A stretch of 64,000 nt of DNA, taken from an uncultured Hormoscilla sp. (GTDB lineage: Bacteria; Cyanobacteriota; Cyanobacteriia; Cyanobacteriales; Desertifilaceae). Location: NCBI GenBank assembly GCA_963921275.4, contig OZ001293.3:4800001-4864000 (forward strand), written 5' to 3'. Every line of letters starts with the position of its first letter. Positions within the stretch are counted from its first letter, which is position 1. Shown one piece after another: positions 58,405 through 64,000 of this stretch. The notes beneath the pieces are model-generated. The model saw only the letters and a program-made list of their open reading frames with translations. It was not told the DNA's origin and did no database searches. The position numbers and the translations under genes are program-made.

Positions 58405-58503
58405 AGCACTATGGTGTTTTTGCTTGATTTTTCTAAATACTTTAGCAATCGGGGACAAGATTTGGGAACATGGTATCAGGCTACCCTTGAGAAAGCGAAG
58501 ATT

Positions 58504-58737
58504 ATGTCCGAAACTACCCTTACACCGGCATCTGCCGAAGAAATTGCCGAAGTGATTGCCGAGTTGGAGCAATATCGCCAGCGAATTATCGACGATAATC
58601 TGGAAATGGCTAAACAGATGAAACTACCCAAGAAACTGGCATTGGCCCAGCTGGAGAAACATCCCGAAATTGCCAAAATTGATGCCAATCTGGAACGCCT
58701 CCGGTCCCAGCAAACTACAACTTCATCAACAACATAG
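58504..58737 (+). CDS. Small conserved hypothetical protein in the phycoerythrin cluster
   Basis: IAELEQYRQRI...LEKHPEIAKID. Confidence 0.7.
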   Translation: MSETTLTPASAEEIAEVIAELEQYRQRIIDDNLEMAKQMKLPKKLALAQLEKHPEIAKIDANLERLRSQQTTTSSTT

Positions 58738-58746
58738 TAACAGATC

Positions 58747-59613
58747 GTGGAAACCGAAGCACTGACGCCAGAGGCTAGGGACAGCTTGCTGGCACAGATC
58801 GACGCACAACTGGCTACAGGAACCTTTGACAGCAGCGACTCCCAGCTACTGCAACGTCTGGTGGCTGCCTTAGCAGACGAGCGGGGCATGGTCAGATTTG
58901 GCTTTGTCGAAGCATTTGGCAAGATCGGTAAACCAATGGTTCCTTTTTTGCTAGCAGGTTTAAAGCATCCTAATCCAGTAGTGCGGCGTTCTGCTGGCAA
59001 GGGTTTAGCCAAAATTGGCGACCCCCAAGCAATTCCCTCTCTGATTCAAACCTTACTCTATGATGCCGATACTGTTGCTCGTAGTTCGGCAGCCGGTGCT
59101 TTAGCAAAAATGGGCCCGGAAGCGGTGCGGGCCCTGCTGGATGTTTTAGCTGGAGATTACCCGGAAACGGCAAAAGGTCACGCAAGCTGGGCGATCGCCT
59201 TTATTGGACCATCCGCCCGGGACTCACTGTATGGGGCGATCGACTCGGACTCTGCTGATGTCAGAACTGCCGTAGTCGGGGCGATCGCCAATATTGTGCA
59301 AGCAGAGACTGACGAACGGGCCTTAAAAATTTTGCTAGCAGCCTTAACAGACTCTTCCGAACAGGTGCGTGCCGAAGCTGCTACAGCTTTGGGAAGCGTC
59401 GGGCATCGACCGGCGGTTACACAACTAATTAACTTGCTAACAGACGATAGCAGCGAAGTCAGGAAAGCCGCAGCTTTGGCCTTGGGCAAAATCGGCGATG
59501 TCGCTGCCATTGTACCTCTGCAAGCCAAAATCGGTACTAGCGTCCAGTCAGAAAGCCAAGTTTTTGCTGTCGCCATTGCTCAGATAGAGAGGAAGAATTA
59601 CGATGACGAATGA
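58747..59613 (+). CDS. E/F-clan HEAT-repeat phycobilin lyase (CpeF/MpeU/MpeV-like)
   Basis: LADERGMVRFGFVEAFGKIG, HPNPVVRR and D.DTV.RSSAAGALA. Confidence 0.8.
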   Translation: METEALTPEARDSLLAQIDAQLATGTFDSSDSQLLQRLVAALADERGMVRFGFVEAFGKIGKPMVPFLLAGLKHPNPVVRRSAGKGLAKIGDPQAIPSLIQTLLYDADTVARSSAAGALAKMGPEAVRALLDVLAGDYPETAKGHASWAIAFIGPSARDSLYGAIDSDSADVRTAVVGAIANIVQAETDERALKILLAALTDSSEQVRAEAATALGSVGHRPAVTQLINLLTDDSSEVRKAAALALGKIGDVAAIVPLQAKIGTSVQSESQVFAVAIAQIERKNYDDE

Positions 59614-60304
59614 ATTGTCCGAACAGGTCAAACAACTAATAGCTAAAGCCAAAATTGTCAGCCTTGATAGTTGGCAAGCAAATTATCCCCAAGTAGTAAT
59701 AGAAATCTTCCAAAAGGCAGATAATGAAGGTCGATATCTCACTAATGGGGAGTTAGAACAGATTCAAACCTTAGTACCAGAAAAAGCGACTTTGGTAAAG
59801 ATCGCCCAATTGCTGCGCGATCGCTCATCAGAAATTGTAGATGAATCCCGGGAAAAAGTATTAGCAGCATTTCCCGACATTACCAAACCAGGGGGAGGAC
59901 TGTATCCTGCCAAACGGGCAGAAAATTGTTGGCGAGACTTCTGGCATTTTCTGCGCTGCATAACCTATGGAATAGCTGGCGGCAATCCCCATTATACCAG
60001 TACAGAAGGGATGCATTATATGGAATTATTGTACCAAGAGTTGCGCGTGCCTCTGGATGCAATGGTAGTAGGATTAGAAGCAGTCAAAGCGGCCAGTAAA
60101 GAGCGGGTACAGCCTGGGGAAGGAGAAGCGATAGGGCCCTATTTCGATCATTTAATTAATCATCTGAGACAGTTCCAGACAGCAGAAAATCGGGAGAGAA
60201 TGTCTAAATTTACATATTTCTTTGATTGTTGTGTAGGGAAATGGGCAACGGAAAGGACATACCATTATCTGAGCGATCAGAAAGTAGAGCGATCGCGCAC
60301 GTAA
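59603..60304 (+). CDS. aplA: Allophycocyanin-like protein AplA, reading through into the next gene
   Basis: AKIVS, ADNEGRYLT, PGGGLYP and CWRDFWHFLRCITYG; the last 34 aa are the start of the lyase. Confidence 0.8.
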   Translation: MTNELSEQVKQLIAKAKIVSLDSWQANYPQVVIEIFQKADNEGRYLTNGELEQIQTLVPEKATLVKIAQLLRDRSSEIVDESREKVLAAFPDITKPGGGLYPAKRAENCWRDFWHFLRCITYGIAGGNPHYTSTEGMHYMELLYQELRVPLDAMVVGLEAVKAASKERVQPGEGEAIGPYFDHLINHLRQFQTAENRERMSKFTYFFDCCVGKWATERTYHYLSDQKVERSRT

Positions 60305-60748
60305 TTTCATATCGAAGCCTTGCCAAAGGCGGGTAAGGTGAAAGTGTTAGAACAGAATCAACAGGAGATGAATCCGAACATTGAAAACCTGTGCGGATAT
60401 CATCTGGCTTTTGATACAGTTTCCGAAAAGGGCGATCGGGTATCCCAGTCACTGAATATGCTATTCGTGCCGACTCGGGAAACAGAACAGATAGTAGAAG
60501 GAGATTATTTGCGCGATCGGGCCTATGAAGAAGCCAAACAAATAGTAGCTCATTTTCGCTTTGACAGTAGCAACCTATAACTGTTAATGACTACTTACTA
60601 TACCCGGGTTGTATCCGTGGATTCGATTACACTGATCGACCCCAACTTAAGAATCCGCAAGATTCTCAACTACCAGCGTCCTCCAGAAGGTCAACCCCTA
60701 GAGAAGTTAGTCCTAGTGGGTTTTGGCGTAGAACAGAAAATCATCTAG
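60200..60748 (+). pseudogene. CpcS/CpeS (S/U clan) phycobilin lyase with two in-frame TAA stops (60302, 60578)
   Basis: FF.CCVGKWATERTYHY, YLRDRAYEE, VSVDSITL and LVGFGVEQK all in one frame. Confidence 0.8.
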
Positions 60749-61235
60749 CAGTTGTTAGACCAATTTTCTTTAGCGATGATCCTCCCAAAGGCTTATCTGA
60801 GCCGGACCTTTTTGCAAGGGGGGCTCAGATAAGCCCCCCTTTCGCAAGGGGGGGGTTGGGGGAGATCGGCAACAGGGTACTGGTAACTATCTGATCGCTC
60901 TACAGTATATGCCGGTACTACTCCAGCTCCCATTACCCCTAGCTTACGTAGTTTACGGGGGATGCATGAGGAGGAACTCAGAGTTGGCCCCTGATGGCGA
61001 TTCTGAGAGATTTCCAGTAGATGATTACATTATGTTAAGAAAATTAATAAATCTTAATAATCTAGGTGGTAGCAGTAGTGTATAAAGAGAAGGCAAGGGT
61101 ATAAAGGCTGAAAAGATTTAGCTCTGTATACCAGAGAACAGGATAGTAAATGGGTGGAGAGGGCGAATAGTTAAGTTTGTTAACATTAGACTGCCCCCCA
61201 TTCTCAGGAAAAGTAGTTGCTACCCAGGAGAGAGT

Positions 61236-62108
61236 ATGGTATTTGGACCGGCATCGGAATTAGGTGTGGCCCTGTTTGAGGACACAGAACCAGTAGAGCT
61301 ATGCTCAGGGCGCTCTGAGGAAGAAGTGGGAACGGTGATTCGCGCAGTGTACCGGCAGGTGTTGGGAAATGCCTACGTGATGGACAGCGAACGGCTGACG
61401 GTAGAAGAGTCGCAGCTGAAACTGGGCGAAATCAGCGTGCGGGAGTTCGTGCGTCAAGTAGCGAAATCAGATCTGTATCGTTCCCGGTTTTTCGACAGCT
61501 GCCCCCGCTATCGGGCAACGGAGTTGAACTTCAAGCATATTCTCGGTCGGGCCCCAAATAGCTACGAAGAGATGAAAGCACACAGCGCGATCTTGGATGG
61601 AGCAGGTTTTGAGGCGGACATTGATTCCTATCTGGATAGCGATGAGTATCAGAATGTGTTTGGGGAAGACATAGTACCGTTTTATCGGGGCTATAAAACC
61701 CAAACTGGTAAGAATATGGTTGGGTTTACCCATATGTTCCAACTCTTGCGCGGTGCTTCCAGCAGTGACCTGAAAGGGAATTTGTCGGGAAATGAACCAC
61801 GGTTGAATAAGTACGTGATTCAAGCCATACCCACGGCTGTAATTCCGCCTTCGGGAGCATCGGATGGTTGGTCTTTCCAAGATCCAACTCTGGGGGCGCG
61901 GACCCGACATGGAGTCGGAGCAACTTCCGAAGGCAAGGTATACCGGGTGGAAGTCACTGCCTATAGCTCGCCAGGGGCAGTCAATCGCGTCTCGAAATTC
62001 CGGCGCAGTAACAAGGTGTATCTGGTGCCCTTCGATCAGCTGTCGAAAGAGTACCAGCGGATTCACCAACAGGGCGGTAAAATTGCCAGTATAACTGTTG
62101 TTAACTAG
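61236..62108 (+). CDS. cpeC: Phycoerythrin rod linker CpeC
   Basis: [25 protein letters not shown] and a C-terminal CpcD-like domain. Confidence 0.88.
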   Translation: MVFGPASELGVALFEDTEPVELCSGRSEEEVGTVIRAVYRQVLGNAYVMDSERLTVEESQLKLGEISVREFVRQVAKSDLYRSRFFDSCPRYRATELNFKHILGRAPNSYEEMKAHSAILDGAGFEADIDSYLDSDEYQNVFGEDIVPFYRGYKTQTGKNMVGFTHMFQLLRGASSSDLKGNLSGNEPRLNKYVIQAIPTAVIPPSGASDGWSFQDPTLGARTRHGVGATSEGKVYRVEVTAYSSPGAVNRVSKFRRSNKVYLVPFDQLSKEYQRIHQQGGKIASITVVN

Positions 62109-62185
62109 GATCCCCGGGCAAAAAAAACCTGTAGCAACGGGTAACGGGGGAAAGGTAAAAGTGATTTAGGAGGACGAATTTAAGA

Positions 62186-62938
62186 ATGGCAAATGAAACG
62201 GAACTATGGCCCACAAGCACTCCCGAGGAAGTGCAGGCGACAATCCGGGCGGTTTACCGACAGGTGTTGGGAAACCCCCATGTGATGGAAAGCGAACGAC
62301 TGGTAAGTGCAGAATCGCAATTGTCCGATCGTAGCATGACGGTGCGGGAATTTGTCCGGGCAGTGGCAAAATCAGATTTCTATCGCAGCCGGTATTTTGA
62401 GAGCTGTGCGCCCTATCGGTTCGTGGAGTTGAACTTCAAGCATTTGCTGGGACGGGCCCCCCTGTCACAAGCAGAACTGTCGGAGCATATCCAGATATGC
62501 ATTAATTCGGGCTACGATGCGGAAATCGACTCCTATATGGATAGCGAAGAATATGAGGCCAGGTTTGGCGAGAATATCGTACCTTACTATGTCGGGGCGA
62601 TCAGCCAGGTAGGGCAAAAGCAAGTTGGCTATAACCGCACTCTGTCCCTGGTGAGGGGTTGGGCAGAAATTGATAGTGCCACGGAATCATCTCGTTTGGT
62701 AGAAGCAGTGGCAACTAATGGTACGACGGAAATCCCGTTGCAGCCAAGTGGTCGCATAGCAGCTTATGCAGATGCCACGGAAAAGATGTTCAAAATTGTG
62801 GTGAAGGGGGCGAAATTTGACAGTCCTCGTCGTCGCAGCACAACGGAGTATATCGTGCCGGGCAGCAGGATGTCGCCGCAAATTCAGCGGATAAATCGCA
62901 CTAGCGGCACAATTGTCAGCATCACAGAAGTGGCGTAA
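62186..62938 (+). CDS. cpeD: Phycoerythrin rod linker CpeD
   Basis: ELWP..., [13 protein letters not shown] and QIQRINRTSG.IVSITE. Confidence 0.88.
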   Translation: MANETELWPTSTPEEVQATIRAVYRQVLGNPHVMESERLVSAESQLSDRSMTVREFVRAVAKSDFYRSRYFESCAPYRFVELNFKHLLGRAPLSQAELSEHIQICINSGYDAEIDSYMDSEEYEARFGENIVPYYVGAISQVGQKQVGYNRTLSLVRGWAEIDSATESSRLVEAVATNGTTEIPLQPSGRIAAYADATEKMFKIVVKGAKFDSPRRRSTTEYIVPGSRMSPQIQRINRTSGTIVSITEVA

Positions 62939-63020
62939 AATTGGTGGGACTAGCAAAAGGCTCCTAGTCCCGCAGTTGGTTAAATAAAGGTCAACCTGAT
63001 TGAAGGCAGGAGAAGATTGA

Positions 63021-63788
63021 ATGTTTCTATGGGCTGTTGAAAATCCCCCGATCGAACTGCGACCGAATGCAACAGAAGAGGATTTGCAAACGGTGCTCAG
63101 AGCGGTATACAGGCAGGTGCTGGGAAATGAGCACTTGATGGACTGCGATCGCCTAACGAGTGCAGAATCATTGCTGCGGAATGGCGACATCACGGTGCGC
63201 CAATTTGTGAATGTGGTGGCGAAATCAGAACTGTATCAAGAACTGTTCTTTCACTCCAGTTATCAGTACCGTTTCATAGAACTAAACTGCAAGCATTTGT
63301 TGGGTCGTGCGCCCCGGGACCAGGCAGAAATATCTGAACATGTTCAGATATACAAGGACCAGGGGTATGAGGCGGAAATCGATTCCTATATCGACAGCGA
63401 GGATTATATTGAGAACTTTGGGGAGAACATTGTTCCCTACCCGCGCTCAATTAACAGTCAGCTGGGAATAAAAAATGTCGGCTTTAACCGGATGTTTGCC
63501 TTGCTGGGTGGTTTTGCAAGCAATGACAGTGATAAACAGGCGAAGCTCATTACCTCCTTGGGTGCTAACCTGTCTCCGGCCATCAAAGCACCGGCTGTTG
63601 GCAATGGGGCGGAATATGGCAACACGGGCAAACGCTTCCTGATTACCTATTCGACTTCAATGGCAGCGGCGCGGCTGAACAAGTTGAGCAAGGTGGAATC
63701 ATTGGTAAGCTACAGTCAAATGTCTCAGGAAGTTCAGACCATTCATAAGCGGGGTGGGAAGATCCTGAGTATATTAGAACAGGTTTAA
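63021..63788 (+). CDS. cpeE: Phycoerythrin rod linker CpeE
   Basis: M.LW...[12 protein letters not shown] and GNTGKRF. Confidence 0.8.
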   Translation: MFLWAVENPPIELRPNATEEDLQTVLRAVYRQVLGNEHLMDCDRLTSAESLLRNGDITVRQFVNVVAKSELYQELFFHSSYQYRFIELNCKHLLGRAPRDQAEISEHVQIYKDQGYEAEIDSYIDSEDYIENFGENIVPYPRSINSQLGIKNVGFNRMFALLGGFASNDSDKQAKLITSLGANLSPAIKAPAVGNGAEYGNTGKRFLITYSTSMAAARLNKLSKVESLVSYSQMSQEVQTIHKRGGKILSILEQV

Positions 63789-63860
63789 CAAGTTGGGATA
63801 AGCAGTCAGTGGCAACCGCCACTGACTACAGGAAAAATGACTAAATAAGGAGGAAGATAA

Positions 63861-64000
63861 ATGTCACTCTGGGTAACCTCAGAACCAACAGAATTAAGAC
63901 CAGATGCAACAGAAGCAGATTTGCAGACAGTGATTCGGGCAGCTTACAAACAGGTGTTGGGCAATCAGCACGTGATGGAGAGCGAAAGGCTATCAAGTGC
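63861..64000 (+). CDS. Second CpeE-like linker (3'-partial)
   Basis: [41 protein letters not shown] ribosome-binding site. Confidence 0.8.
   Translation, partial: MSLWVTSEPTELRPDATEADLQTVIRAAYKQVLGNQHVMESERLSS

Noticed and set aside
39559..60580. Stop-codon recoding to explain the in-frame stops
   Set aside because: The stops are a mix of TAA and TAG, both used as normal terminators by intact genes here; pseudogenisation is simpler

Overview
Cyanobacterial chromosome segment (dense HIP1 GCGATCGC sites; ntcA, psbH/psbN, petL, ycf66, and a phycoerythrin lyase/linker cluster cpeC-cpeD-cpeE), probably a filamentous, phycoerythrin-containing lineage. The region is eroding, with about 15 pseudogenes or fragments and many MITEs and REP/SDR micro-repeats. 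Main signals: (1) three diverged ORF-less group II introns (11277-12111 +, 17303-18299 +, 43952-44822 -) plus a remnant at 56070-56313. Each has an EBS1 loop matching its own insertion site. One splits an aminotransferase, one sits in a REP element, one is antisense in a DUF3084 gene, and two appear to end non-canonically (CT, CC). (2) A ~7.6 kb cassette between two copies of an FtsK domain encoding a HxE-type Fe/2OG dioxygenase, two EctB-like aminotransferases, a D-glutamate-cyclase-like protein and an N-methyltransferase, without ectA/ectC: a candidate undescribed amino-acid/osmolyte pathway. (3) Three 21-bp tandem arrays with different units, all next to a GTCGAACTA motif; two also share a 26-nt leader. 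No rRNA, tRNA, CRISPR array or reverse transcriptase gene was recognised. Family assignments come from motif recognition, not database searches.
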